From Eledone cirrhosa (Eukaryota): 64,000 nucleotides of DNA. Shown here one piece after another: positions 1 through 15,000 of this stretch (position 1 is the first letter of the stretch; each line of letters starts with the position of its first letter). The notes beneath the pieces are model-generated. The model made no database searches. It was given only the letters and a program-made list of their open reading frames with translations, and had not been told where the DNA came from. The translations under genes and the position numbers were made by a program. The stretch spans positions 84,754,001-84,818,000 of the forward strand of contig OZ024745.1 in NCBI GenBank assembly GCA_964016885.1, written 5' to 3'.

Positions 1-3000
1 TCTATTGACTGATGAATAGCGTATGTTAATTTTAACCCTTCTGTTGAGAACTCTATTCGATTTGTGATGTTTTTGCATTCTTACAAAAATATACACGACT
101 GAATTCATACGCCTGATAGAGGGGTTGCCTCCCTAGCTGATCCCCACGTGGGTCAGCAATAGTCAGTCCCTGTATTAACATTGAACTACAACCTGTTGAG
201 AAAGTGGCTTCCTTGTTCAATCATCTTACCAGCTGGCTGACATTATTTATGTAAGCGGACGGTACTTGATTTAGGTGCCACAGAAACCCATATACTGGAT
301 TTTACCAACCTTCCAGGGATCCGGGTAAATTTTCAATACCCGAATTACTTGATCGTTTTTTTGGATATGCGAATGATTGTTTAACCATCGTCTCAGTGTT
401 TTAACGTTTGTTATAACTCTGGTTCATCTGAATCATTGAGCACTTGCCGCACATCTCGGAGGTTGGTTTTCGTTATTTCGTGGGCCGAAATGCGAATCTC
501 GATAATTTATTTTTGTATTATTCTCCAGACTCTAGCAATTGACCAGTTAATTTTCTTCATTTTTTAGTTGATTCTATTGACTGATGAATAGCGTATTTTA
601 ATTTTAACCCTTCTGTTGAGAACTCTATTCGATTTGTGATGTTTTTGCATTCTTACAAAAATATACACGACTGAATTCATACGCCTGATATAGGGGTTGC
701 CTCCCTAGCTGATCCCCACGTGGGTCAGCAATAGTCAGTCCTTGTATTAACATTGAACTACAACCTGTTGAGAAAGTGGCTTCCTTGATCAATCATCTTA
801 CCAACTGGCTGACATTATTTATGTAAGCGGACGGTACTTGATTTAGGTGCGGCAGAAACCCATATACTGGATTTTACCAACCTTCCAGGGGTCCGGGTAA
901 ATTTTCAATACCCGAATTACTTGATCGTTTTTTTGGATATGCGAATGATTGTTTAACCATCGTCTCAGTGTGTTTGGCCTTTAACGTTTGTTATAACTCT
1001 GGTTCATCTGAATCATTGAGCAATTGCCGCACATCTCGGAGGTTGTTTTTCGTTATTTCGTGGGCCGAAATGCGAATCTCGATAATTTATGTTTGTATTA
1101 TTCTCTAGACTCTAGCTATTGGCTAGTTAATTTTCTTGACGTTTTTAGTTGATTCTATTGACTGATGAATAGCTTATGTTAATTTTAACCCTCTGTTGAG
1201 AACTCTATTCGATTTGTGATGTTTTTGCATTCTTGCAAAAATATACACGACTGAATTCATACGCCTGATATAGGGGCTTCTTCCCTCGCCGATCCCCACC
1301 TGGGGTCAGCAATAGTCATTCCTTGTATTAACATTGAACTAAAACCTGTTGAGAAAGAGGCTTCCTTGTTCAATCATCTTACCAGCTGGCTGACAATATT
1401 TATGTAAGCGGACGGTACTTGATTTAGGTGCCGCAGAAACCCATATACTGGATTTTACCAACCTTCCAGGGGCCCGGGTAAATTTTCAATACCCGAATTA
1501 CTTGATCGTTTTTTTGGATATGCGAATGATTGTTTAACCATCGTCTCAGTGTGTTTGGCCTTTAACGTTTGTTATAACTCTGGTTCATCTGAATCATTGA
1601 GAACTTGCCGCACATCTCGGAGGTTGTTTTTCGTTATTTCGTGGGCCGAAATGCGAATCTCGATAATTTATGTTTGTATTATTCTCCTGACTCTAGCTAT
1701 TGGCCAGTTAATTTTCTTGATGTTTTTAGTTGATTCTATTGACTGATGAATAGCTTATGTTAATTTTAACCCTTCTGTTGAGAACTCTATTCGATTTGTG
1801 ATGTTTTTGCATTCTTACAAAAGTATACACGACTGAATTCAGACGCCTGATATAGGGGTTTCCCCCCTTGCCGATCCCCACGTGGGGTCAGCAATAGTCA
1901 GTCCTTGTATTAACATTGAACTAAAAGCTGTTGAGAAAGTGGATTCCTTGTTCAATCATCTTACCAGAAGGCTGACATTATTTATGTAAGCGGACGGTAC
2001 TTGATTTAGGAGCCGCAGAAACCCATATACTGGATTTTACCAACCTTCCAGGGGTCCGGGTAAATTTTCAATACCCGAATTAGTCGATGGATTTTTTTGG
2101 ATATGCGAATTATTGTTTAACCATCGTCTGAGTGTGTTTGGCCTTTACCGTTTGTTATAGCTCTGGTTCATCTGAATCCTCGAGCACTTGCCGCACATCT
2201 CGAAGGTTGTTTTTCGTTATTTCGTGGGCCCAAATGCGAATCTCGATAATTTATGTTTGTATTATTCTCCAGACTCTAGCAATTGACCAGTTAATTTTCT
2301 TGATTTTTTTAGTTGATTCTATTGACTGATGAATAGCGTATGTTAATTTTAACCCCTCTGTTGAGAACTCTATTCGATTTGTGATGTTTTTGCATTCTTG
2401 CAAAAATATACACGACTGAATTCATACGCCTGATATAGGGGTTGCCTCCCTAGCTGATCCCCACGTGGGGTCAGCAATAGTCAGTCCTTGTATTAACATT
2501 GAACTAAAACCTGTTGAGAAAGTAGCTTCCTTGTTCAATCATCTTACCAGAAGCCTGACATTATTTATGTAAGCGGACGGTACTTGATTTAGGTGCCGCA
2601 GAAACCCATATACTGGATTTTACCAACCTTCCTGGGGTCCGGGTAAATTTTCAATACCCGAATTATTTGATCGTTTTTTTGGATATGCGAATGATTGTTT
2701 AACCATCGTCTCAGTGTGTTTGGCCTTTGACGTTTGTTATAACACTGGTTCATCTGAATCATTGAGCACTTGCCGCACATCTCGGAGGTTGTTTTTCGTT
2801 ATTTTGTGGGCCGAAATGCGAATCTCGATAATTTATGTTTGTATTATTCTCCAGGCTCTAGCTATTGGCCAGTTAATTTTCTTGATGTTTTCAGTTGATT
2901 CTATTGACTGATGAATAGCTTATGTTAATTTTAACCCTTCTGTTGAGAACTCTATTCGATTTGTGATGTTTTTGCATTCTTGCAAAAATATACACGATTG

Positions 3001-6000
3001 AATTTATACGCCTGATTTAGGGGTTTCCTCCCTTGCCGATCCCCACGTGGGGTCAGCAATAGTCAGTCCTTGTATTAACATTGAACTAAAACCTGTTGAG
3101 AAAGTGGCTTCCTTGTTCAATCATCTTACCAGCTGGCTGACGTTATTTATGTAAGCGGACGGTACTTGATTTAGGTGCTGCAGAAACCCATATACTGGAT
3201 TTTACCAACCTTCCTGGGGTCCGGGTAAATTTTCAGTACCCGAATTATTTGATCGTTTTTTTGGATATGCGAATGATTGTTTAACAATCGTCTCAGTGTG
3301 TTTGGCCTTTAACGTTTGTTATAACTCTGGTTCATCTGAATCATTGAGCACTTGCCGCACATCTCGGAGGTTGTTTTTCGTTATTTTGTGGGCCGAAATG
3401 CGAATCTCGATAATTTATGTTTGTATTATTCTCCAGGCTCTAGCTATTGGCCAGTTAATTTTCTTGATGTTTTTAGTTGATTCTATTGACTGATGAATAG
3501 CTTATGTTAATTTTAACCCTTCTGTTGAGAACTCTATTCGATTTGTGATGTTTTTGCATTCTTGCAAATATATACACGACTGAATTCATACGCCTGATAT
3601 AGGGGTTGCCTCCCTAGCTGATCCCCACGTGGGTCAGCAATAGTCAGTCCTTGTATTAACATTGAACTACAACCTGTTGAGAAAGTGGCTTCCTTGTTCA
3701 ATCATCTTACCAGCTGGCTGACATTATTTATGTAAGCGGACGGTACTTGATTTAGGTGCGGCAGAAACCCATATACTGGATTTTACCAACCTTCCAGGGG
3801 TCCGGGTAAATTTTCAATACCCGAATTACTTGATCGTTTTTTTGGATATGCGAATGATTGTTTAACCATCGTCTCAGTGTGTTTGGCCTTTAACGTTTGT
3901 TATAACTCTGGTTCATCTGAATCATTGAGCAATTGCCGCACATCTCGGAGGTTGTTTTTCGTTATTTCGTGGGCCGAAATGCGAATCTCGATAATTTATG
4001 TTTGTATTATTCTCTAGACTCTAGCTATTGGCCAGTTAATTTTCTTGATGTTTTTAGTTGATTCTATTGACTGATGAATAGCTTATGTTAATTTTAACCC
4101 TCTGTTGAGAACTCTATTCGATTTGTGATGTTTTTGCATTCTTGCAAAAATATACACGACTGAATTCATACGCCTGATATAGGGGCTTCTTCCCTCGCCG
4201 ATCCCCACGTGGGGTCAGCAATAGTCATTCCTTGTATTAACATTGAACTAAAACCTGTTGAGAAAGAGGCTTCCTTGTTCAATCATCTTACCAGCTGGCT
4301 GACAATATTTATGTAAGCGGACGGTACTTGATTTAGGTGCCGCAGAAACCCATATACTGGATTTTACCAACCTTCCAGGGGCCCGGGTAAATTTTCAATA
4401 CCCGAATTACTTGATCGTTTTTTTGGATATGCGAATGATTGTTTAACCATCGTCTCAGTGTGTTTGGCCTTTAACGTTTGTTATAACTCTGGTTCATCTG
4501 AATCATTGAGAACTTGCCGCACATCTCGGAGGTTGTTTTTCGTTATTTCGTGGGCCGAAATGCGAATCTCGATAATTTATGTTTGTATTATTCTCCTGAC
4601 TCTAGCTATTGGCCAGTTAATTTTCTTGATGTTTTTAGTTGATTCTATTGACTGATGAATAGCTTATGTTAATTTTAACCCTTCTGTTGAGAACTCTATT
4701 CGATTTGTGATGTTTTTGCATTCTTACAAAAGTATACACGACTGAATTCAGACGCCTGATATAGGGGTTTCCCCCCTTGCCGATCCCCACGTGGGGTCAG
4801 CAATAGTCAGTCCTTGTATTAACATTGAACTAAAAGCTGTTGAGAAAGTGGATTCCTTGTTCAATCATCTTACCAGAAGGCTGACATTATTTATGTAAGC
4901 GGACGGTACTTGATTTAGGAGCCGCAGAAACCCATATACTGGATTTTACCAACCTTCCAGGGGTCCGGGTAAATTTTCAATACCCGAATTAGTTGATGGA
5001 TTTTTTTGGATATGCGAATAATTGTTTAACCATCGTCTGAGTGTGTTTGGCCTTTACCGTTTGTTATAGCTCTGGTTCATCTGAATACTCGAGCACTTGC
5101 CGCACATCTCGAAGGTTGTTTTTCGTTATTTCGTGGGCCCAAATGCGAATCTCGATAATTTATGTTTGTATTATTCTCCAGACTCTAGCAATTGACCAGT
5201 TAATTTTCTTGATTTTTTTAGTTGATTCTATTGACTGATGAATAGCGTATGTTAATTTTAACCCCTCTGTTGAGAACTCTATTCGACTTGTGATGTTTTT
5301 GCATTCTTGCAAAAATATACACGACTGAATTCATACGCCTGATATAGGGGTTGCCTCCCTAGCTGATCCCCACGTGGGGTCAGCAATAGTCAGTCCTTGT
5401 ATTAACATTGAACTAAAACCTGTTGAGAAAGTAGCTTCCTTGTTCAATCATCTTACCAGAAGCCTGACATTATTTATGTAAGCGGACGGTACTTGATTTA
5501 GGTGCCGCAGAAACCCATATACTGGATTTTACCAACCTTCCTGGGGTCCGGGTAAATTTTCAATACCCGAATTATTTGATCGTTTTTTTGGATATGCGAA
5601 TGATTGTTTAACCATCGTCTCAGTGTGTTTGGCCTTTGACGTTTGTTATAACACTGGTTCATCTGAATCATTGAGCACTTGCCGCACATCTCGGAGGTTG
5701 TTTTTCGTTATTTTGTGGGCCGAAATGCGAATCTCGATAATTTATGTTTGTATTATTCTCCAGGCTCTAGCTATTGGCCAGTTAATTTTCTTGATGTTTT
5801 CAGTTGATTCTATTGACTGATGAATAGCTTATGTTAATTTTAACCCTTCTGTTGAGAACTCTATTCGATTTGTGATGTTTTTGCATTCTTGCAAAAATAT
5901 ACACGATTGAATTTATACGCCTGATTTAGGGGTTTCCTCCCTTGCCGATCCCCACGTGGGGTCAGCAATAGTCAGTCCTTGTATTAACATTGAACTAAAA

Positions 6001-9000
6001 CCTGTTGAGAAAGTGGCTTCCTTGTTCAATCATCTTACCAGCTGGCTGACGTTATTTATGTAAGCGGACGGTACTTGATTTAGGTGCTGCAGAAACCCAT
6101 ATACTGGATTTTACCAACCTTCCTGGGGTCCGGGTAAATTTTCAGTACCCGAATTATTTGATCGTTTTTTTGGATATGCGAATGATTGTTTAACAATCGT
6201 CTCAGTGTGTTTGGCCTTTAACGTTTGTTATAACTCTGGTTCATCTGAATCATTGAGCACTTGCCGCACATCTCGGAGGTTGTTTTTCGTTATTTTGTGG
6301 GCCGAAATGCGAATCTCGATAATTTATGTTTGTATTATTCTCCAGGCTCTAGCTATTGGCCAGTTAATTTTCTTGATGTTTTTAGTTGATTCTATTGACT
6401 GATGAATAGCTTATGTTAATTTTAACCCTTCTGTTGAGAACTCTATTCGATTTGTGATGTTTTTGCATTCTTGCAAAAATATACACGACTGAATTCATAC
6501 GCCTGATATAGGGGTTGCCTCCCTAGCTGATCCCCACGTGGGTCAGCAATAGTCAGTCCTTGTATTAACATTGAACTACAACCTGTTGAGAAAGTGGCTT
6601 CCTTGTTCAATCATCTTACAAGAAGCCTGACATTATTTATGTAAGCGGACGGTACTTGATTTAGGTGCCGCAGAAACCCATATACTGGATTTTACCAACC
6701 TTCCTGGGGTCCGGGTAAATTTTCAATACCCGAATTATTTGATCGTTTTTTTGGATATGCGAATGATTGTTTAACCATCGTCTCAGTGTGTTTGGCCTTT
6801 AACGTTTGTTATAACTCTGGTTCATCTGAATCATTGAGCACTTGCCGCACATCTCGGAGGTTGTTTTTCGTTATTTTGTGGGCCGAAATGCGAATCTCGA
6901 TAATTTATGTTTGTATTATTCTCCAGAGTCTAGCTATTGGCCAGTTAATTTTCTTGATGTTTTTAGTTGATTCTATTGACTGATGAATAGCTTATATTAA
7001 TTTTAACCCTATGTTGAGAACTCTATTCGATTTGTGATGTTTTTGTATTCTTGCCAAAATATACACGACTGAATTCATACGGCTGATATAGGGGTTTCCT
7101 CCCTTGCCGATCCCCACGTGGGGTCAGCAATAGTCAGTCCTTGTATTAACATTGAACTAAATCCTGTTGAGAAAGTGGCTTCCTTGTTCAATCATCTTAC
7201 CAGCTGGCTGACATTATTTATGTAAGCGGACGGTACTTGATTTAGGTGCCGCAGAAACCCATATACTGGATTTTACCAACCTTCCAGGGGTCCGGGTAAA
7301 TTTTCAATACCCGAATTACTTGATCGTTTTTTTGGATATGCGAATGATTGTTTAACTATCGTCTCAGTGTGTTTGGCCTTTAACGTTTGTTATAACTCTG
7401 GTTCATCTGAATCATTGAGCACTTGCCGCACATCTCGGAGGTTGGTTTTCGTTATTTCGTGGGCCGAAATGAGAATCTCGATAATTTATGTTTGTATTAT
7501 TCTCCAGACTCTAGCTATTGGCCAGTTAATTTTCTTGATGTTTTTAGTTGATGCTATTGACTGATGAATAGCTTATGTTAATTTTAATCCTTCTGTTGAG
7601 AACTCTATTCGATTTGTGATGTTTTTGCATTCTTGCAAAAGTATACACGACTGAATTCATACGCCTGATATAGGGGTTTCCCGCCTTGCCGATCCCCACG
7701 TGGGGTCAGCAATAGTCAGTCCTTGTATTAACATTGAACTAAAAGCTGTTGAGAAAGTGGCTTCCTTGTTCAATCATCTTACCAGAAGCCTGACATTATT
7801 TATCTAAGCGGACGGTACTTGATTTAGGAGCCGCAGAAACCCATATACTGGATTTTACCAACCTTCCAGGGGTCCGGGTAAATTTTCAATACCCGAATTA
7901 GTTGATCGTTTTTTTTTTGGATATGAGAATGATTGTTTAACCATCGTCTCAGAGTGTTTGGCCTTTACCGTTTGTCATAGCTCTGGTTCATCTGAATCCT
8001 CGAGCACTTGCCGCACATCTCGAAGGTTGTTTTTCGTTATTTCGTGGGCCCAAATGCGAATCTCGATAATTTATGTTTGTATTATTCTCCTGACTCTAGC
8101 TATTGGCTAGTTAATTTTCTTGATGTTTTTAGTTGATTCTATTGACTGATGAATAGCTTATGTTAATTTTAACCCTTCTGTTGAGAACTCTATTCGATTT
8201 GTGATGTTTTTGCATTCTTACAAAAGTATACACGACTGAATTCAGACGCCTGATATAGGGGTTTCCCCCCTTGCCGATCCCCACGTGGGGTCAGCAATAG
8301 TCAGTCCTTGTATTAACATTGAACTAAAAGCTGTTGAGAAAGTGGCTTCCTTGTTCAATCATCTTACCAGAAGGCTGACATTATTTATGTAAGCGGACGG
8401 TACTTGATTTAGGAGCCGCAGAAACCCATATACTGGATTTTACCAACCTTCCAGGGGTCCGGGTAAATTTTCAATACCCAATTAGTTGATCGTTTTTTTT
8501 TTGGATATGAGAATGATTGTTTAACCATCGTCTCAGAATGTTTGGCCTTTACCGTTTGTCATAGCTCTGGTTCATCTGAATCCTCGAGCACTTGCCGCAC
8601 ATCTCGAAGGTTGTTTTTCGTTATTTCGTGGGCCCAAATGCGAATCTCGATAATTTATGTTTGTATTATTCTCCAGACTCTAGCAATTGACCAGTTAATT
8701 TTCTTGATTTTTTTAGTTGATTCTATTGACTGATGAATAGCGTATGTTAATTTTAACCCTTCTGTTGAGAACTCTATTCGATTTGTGATGTTTTTGCATT
8801 CTTACAAAAATATACACGACTGAATTCATACGCCTGATATAGGGGTTGCCTCCTTAGCTGATCCCCACGTGGGTCAGCAATAGTCAGTCCCTGTATTAAC
8901 ATTGAACTACAACCTTTTGAGAAAGTGGCTTCCTTGTTCAATCATCTTACCAGCTGGCTGACATTATTTATGTAAGCTGACGGTACTTGATTTAGGTGCC

Positions 9001-12000
9001 GCAGAAACCCATATACTGGATTTTACCAACCTTCCAGGGGTCCGGGTAAATTTTCAATACCCGAATTACTTGATCGTTTTTTGTATATGCGAATGATTGT
9101 TTAACCATCGTCTCAGTGTGTTTGGCCTTTAACGTTTGTTATAACTCTGGTTCATCTGAATCATTGAGAACTTGCCGCACATCTCGGAGGTTGTTTTTCG
9201 TTATTTCGTTGGCCGAAATGCGAATCTCGATAATTTATGTTTGTATTATTCTCCTGACTCTAGCTATTGGCCAGTTAATTTTCTTGATGTTTTTAGTTGA
9301 TTCTATTGACTGATGAATAGCTTATGTTAATTTTAACCCTTCTGTTGAGAACTCTATTCGATTTGTGATGTTTTTGCATTCTTACAAAAGTATACACGAC
9401 TGAATTCAGACGCCTGATATAGGGGTTTCCCCCCTTGCCGATCCCCACGTGGGGTCAGCAATAGTCAGTCCTTGTATTAACATTGAACTAAAACCTGTTG
9501 AGAAAGTAGCTTCCTTGTTCAATCATCTTACCAGCTGACTGACGTTATTTATGTAAGCGGACGGTACTTGATTTAGGTGCAGCAGAAACCCATATACTGG
9601 ATTTTACCAACCTTCCTGGGGTCCGGGTAAATTTTCAATACCCGAATTATTTGATCGTTTTTTTGGATATGCGAATGATTGTTTAACCATCGTCTCAGTG
9701 TGTTTGGCCTTTGACGTTTGATATAACACTGGTTCATCTGAATCATTGAGCACTTGCCGCACATCTCGGAGGTTGTTTTTCGTTATTTTGTGGGCCGAAA
9801 TGCGAATCTCGATAATTTATGTTTGTATTATTCTCCAGGCTCTAGCTATTGGCCAGTTAATTTTCTTGATGTTTTCAGTTGATTCTATTGACTGATGAAT
9901 AGCTTATGTTAATTTTAACCCTTCTGTTGAGAACTCTATTCGATTTGTGATGTTTTTGCATTCTTGCAAAAATATACACGATTGAATTTATACGCCTGAT
10001 TTAGGGGTTTCTTCCCTTGCCGATCCCCACGTGGGGTCAGCAATAGTCAGTCCTTGTATTAACATTGAACTACAACCTGTTGAGAAAGTAGCTTCCTTGT
10101 TCAATCATCTTACAAGAAGCCTGACATTATTTATGTAAGCGGACGGTACTTGATTTAGGTGCCGCAGAAACCCATATACTGGATTTTACCAACCTTCCTG
10201 GGGTCCGGGTAAATTTTCAATACCCGAATTATTTGATCGTTTTTTTGGATATGCGAATGATTGTTTAACCATCGTCTCAGTGTGTTTGGCCTTTAACGTT
10301 TGTTATAACTCTGGTTCATCTGAATTATTGAGCACTTGCCGCACATCTCGGAGGTTGTTTTTCGTTATTTTGTGGGCCGAAATGCGAATCTCGATAATTT
10401 ATGTTTGTATTATTCTCCAGAGTCTAGCTATTGGCCAGTTAATTTTCTTGATGTTTTTAGTTGATTCTATTGACTGATGAATAGCTTATATTAATTTTAA
10501 CCCTATGTTGAGAACTCTATTCGATTTGTGATGTTTTTGTATTCTTGCAAAAATATACACGACTGAATTCATACGCCTGATATAGGGGTTTCCTCCCTTG
10601 CCGATCCCCACGTGGGGTCAGCAATAGTCAGTCCTTGTATTAACATTGAACTAAAACCTGTTGAGAAAGTGGCTTCCTTGTTCAATCATCTTACCAGCTG
10701 ACTGACGTTATTTATGTAAGCGGACGGTACTTGATTTAGGTGCAGCAGAAACCCATATACTGGATTTTACCAACCTTCCTGGGGTCCGGGTAAATTTTCA
10801 ATACCCGAATTATTTGATCGTTTTTTTGGATATGCGAATGATTGTTTAACCATCGTCTCAGTGTGTTTGGCCTTTGACGTTTGATATAACACTGGTTCAT
10901 CTGAATCATTGAGCACTTGCCGCACATCTCGGAGGTTGTTTTTCGTTATTTTGTGGGCCGAAATGCGAATCTCGATAATTTATGTTTGTATTATTCTCCA
11001 GGCTCTAGCTATTGGCCAGTTAATTTTCTTGATGTTTTTAGTTGATTCTATTGACTGATGAATAGCTTATGTTAATTTTAATCCTTCTGTTGAGAACTCT
11101 ATTGGATTTGTGATGTTTTTGCATTCTTGCAAAAGTATACACGACTGAATTCATACGCCTGATATAGGGGTTGCCTCCCTAGCTGATCCCAACGTGGGTC
11201 AGCAATAGTCAGTCCTTGTATTAACATTGAACTAAAACCTGTTGAGAAAGTAGCTTCCTTGTTCAATCATCTTACCAGAAGCCTGACATTATTTATGTAA
11301 GCGGACGGTACTTGATTTAGGTGCCGCAGAAACCCATATACTGGATTTTACCAACCTTCCTGTGGTCCGGGTAAATTTTCAATACCCGAATTATTTGATC
11401 GTTTTTTTGGATATGCGAATGATTGTTTAACCATCGTCTCAGTGTGTTTGGCCTTTACCGTTTGTTATAGCTCTGGTTCATCTGAATCCTCGAGCACTTG
11501 CCGCACATCTCGAAGGTTGTTTTTCGTTATTTCTTGGGCCCAAATGCGAATCTCGATAATATATGTTTGTATTATTCTCCAGACTCTAGCAATTGACCAG
11601 TTAATTTTCTTGATGTTTTTAGTTGATTCTATTGACTGATGAATAGCGTATGTTAATTTTAACCCTTCTGTTGAGAACTCTATTCGATTTGTGATGTTTT
11701 TGTATTCTTGCAAAAATACACACGACTGAATTCATACGCCTGATATAGGGGTTGCCTCCCTAGCTGATCCCCTCGTGGGTCAGCAATAGTCAGACCTTGT
11801 ATTAACATTGAACTAAAACCTGTTGAAAAAGTGGCTTCCTTGTTCAATCATCTTACCAGAAGCGTGACATTATTTATGTAAGCGGACGGTACTTGATTTA
11901 GGTGCCGCAGAAACCCATATACTGGATTTTACCAACCTTCCTGGGGTCCGGGTAAATTTTCAATACCCGAATTATTTGATCGTTTTTTTGGATATGCGAA

Positions 12001-15000
12001 TGATTGTTTAACCATCGTCTCAGTGTGTTTGGCCTTTAACGTTTGTTATAACTCTGGTTCATCTGAATCATTGAGCACTTGCCGCACATCTCGGAGGTTG
12101 TTTTTCATTATTTTGAGCGCCGAAATGCGAATCTCGATAATTTATGTTTGTATTATTCTCCAGACTCTAGCTATTGGCCAGTTAATTTTCTTGATGTTTT
12201 TAGTTGATTCTATTGACTGATGAATAGCTTATGTTAATTTTAATCCTTCTGTTGAGAACTCTATTCGATTTGTGATGTTTTTGCATTCTTGCAAAAGTAT
12301 ACACGACTGAATTCATACGCCTGATATAGGGGTTTCCCCCCTTGCCGATCCCCACGTGGGGTCAGCAATAGTCAGTCCTTGTATTAACATTGAACTAAAA
12401 CCTGTTGAGAAAGTGGCTTCCTTGTTCAATCATCTTACCAGCTGACTGACGTTATTTATGTAAGCGGACGGTACTTGATTTAGGTGCAGCAGAAACCCAT
12501 ATACTGGATTTTACCAACCTTCCTGGGGTCCGGGTAAATTTTCAATACCCGAATTATTTGATCGTTTTTTTGGATATGCGAATGATTGTTTAACCATCGT
12601 CTCAGTGTGTTTGGCCTTTGACGTTTGATATAACACTGGTTCATCTGAATCATTGAGCACTTGCCGCACATCTCGGAGGTTGTTTTTCGTTATTTTGTGG
12701 GCCGAAATGCGAATCTCGATAATTTATGTTTGTATTATTCTCCAGGCTCTAGCTATTGGCCAGTTAATTTTCTTGATGTTTTTAGTTGATTCTATTGACT
12801 GATGAATAGCTTATGTTAATTTTAATCCTTCTGTTGAGAACTCTATTGGATTTGTGATGTTTTTGCATTCTTGCAAAAGTATACACGACTGAATTCATAC
12901 GCCTGATATAGGGGTTGCCTCCCTAGCTGATCCCAACGTGGGTCAGCAATAGTCAGTCCTTGTATTAACATTGAACTAAAACCTGTTGAGAAAGTAGCTT
13001 CCTTGTTCAATCATCTTACCAGAAGCCTGACATTATTTATGTAAGCGGACGGTACTTGATTTAGGTGCCGCAGAAACCCATATACTGGATTTTACCAACC
13101 TTCCTGTGGTCCGGGTAAATTTTCAATACCCGAATTATTTGATCGTTTTTTTGGATATGCGAATGATTGTTTAACCATCGTCTCAGTGTGTTTGGCCTTT
13201 ACCGTTTGTTATAGCTCTGGTTCATCTGAATCCTCGAGCACTTGCCGCACATCTCGAAGGTTGTTTTTCGTTATTTCTTGGGCCCAAATGCGAATCTCGA
13301 TAATATATGTTTGTATTATTCTCCAGACTCTAGCAATTGACCAGTTAATTTTCTTGATGTTTTTAGTTGATTCTATTGACTGATGAATAGCGTATGTTAA
13401 TTTTAACCCTTCTGTTGAGAACTCTATTCGATTTGTGATGTTTTTGTATTCTTGCAAAAATACACACGACTGAATTCATACGCCTGATATAGGGGTTGCC
13501 TCCCTAGCTGATCCCCTCGTGGGTCAGCAATAGTCAGTCCTTGTATTAACATTGAACTAAAACCTGTTGAAAAAGTGGCTTCCTTGTTCAATCATCTTAC
13601 CAGAAGCGTGACATTATTTATGTAAGCGGACGGTACTTGATTTAGGTGCCGCAGAAACCCATATACTGGATTTTACCAACCTTCCTGGGGTCCGGGTAAA
13701 TTTTCAATACCCGAATTATTTGATCGTTTTTTTGGATATGCGAATGATTGTTTAACCATCGTCTCAGTGTGTTTGGCCTTTAACGTTTGTTATAACTCTG
13801 GTTCATCTGAATCATTGAGCACTTGCCGCACATCTCGGAGGTTGTTTTTCATTATTTTGAGCGCCGAAATGCGAATCTCGATAATTTATGTTTGTATTAT
13901 TCTCCAGACTCTAGCTATTGGCCAGTTAATTTTCTTGATGTTTTTAGTTGATTCTATTGACTGATGAATAGCTTATGTTAATTTTAATCCTTCTGTTGAG
14001 AACTCTATTCGATTTGTGATGTTTTTGCATTCTTGCAAAAGTATACACGACTGAATTCATACGCCTGATATAGGGGTTTCCCCCCTTGCCGATCCCCACG
14101 TGGGGTCAGCAATAGTCAGTCCTTGTATTAACATTGAACTAAAACCTGTTGAGAAAGTGGCTTCCTTGTTCAATCATCTTACCAGCTGGCTGACATTATT
14201 TATGTAAGCGGACGGTACTTGATTTAGGTGCCGCAGAAACCCATATACTGGATTTTACCAACCTTCCAGGGGTCCGGGTAAATTCTCAATACCCGAATTA
14301 CCTGATCGTTTTTTTGGATATGCGAATGATTGTTTAACCATCGTCTCAGTGTGTTTGGCCTTTACCGTTTGTTATAGCTCTGGTTCATCTGAATCCTCGA
14401 GCACTTGCCGCACATCTCGAAGGTTGTTTTTCGTTATTTCGTGGGCCCAAATGCGAATCTCGATAATTTATGTTTGTATTATTCTCCAGACTCTAGCAAT
14501 TGACCAGTTAATTTTCTTGATTTTTTTAGTTGATTCTATTGACTGATGAATAGCGTATGTTAATTTTAACCCTTCTGTTGAGAACTCTATTCGATTTGTG
14601 ATGTTTTGCATTCTTGCAAAAATACACACGACTGAATTCATACGCCTGATATAGGGGTTGCCTCCCTAGCTGATCCCCTCGTGGGTCAGCAATAGTCAGT
14701 CCTTGTATTAACATTGAACTAAAACCTGTTGAGAAAGTGGCTTCCTTGTTCAATCATCTTACCAGAAGCGTGACATTATTTATGTAAGCGGACGGTACTT
14801 GATTTAGGTGCCGCAGAAACCCATATACTGGATTTTACCAACCTTCCTGGGGTCCGGGTAAATTTTCAATACCCGAATTATTTGATCGTTTTTTTGGATA
14901 TGCGAATGATTGTTTAACCATCGTCTCAGTGTGTTTGGCCTTTAACGTTTGTTATAACTCTGGTTAATCTGAATCATTGAGCACTTGCCGCACATCTCGG

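Noticed and set aside
1-65. CTGATGA in each satellite monomer as a hammerhead core or snoRNA box C
   Set aside because: The downstream motif is GAGA in most copies, stem II is out of register, stem III is not palindromic, and there is no NUH directly before the candidate stem I strand. Many monomers mutate it to CTGAGTA.
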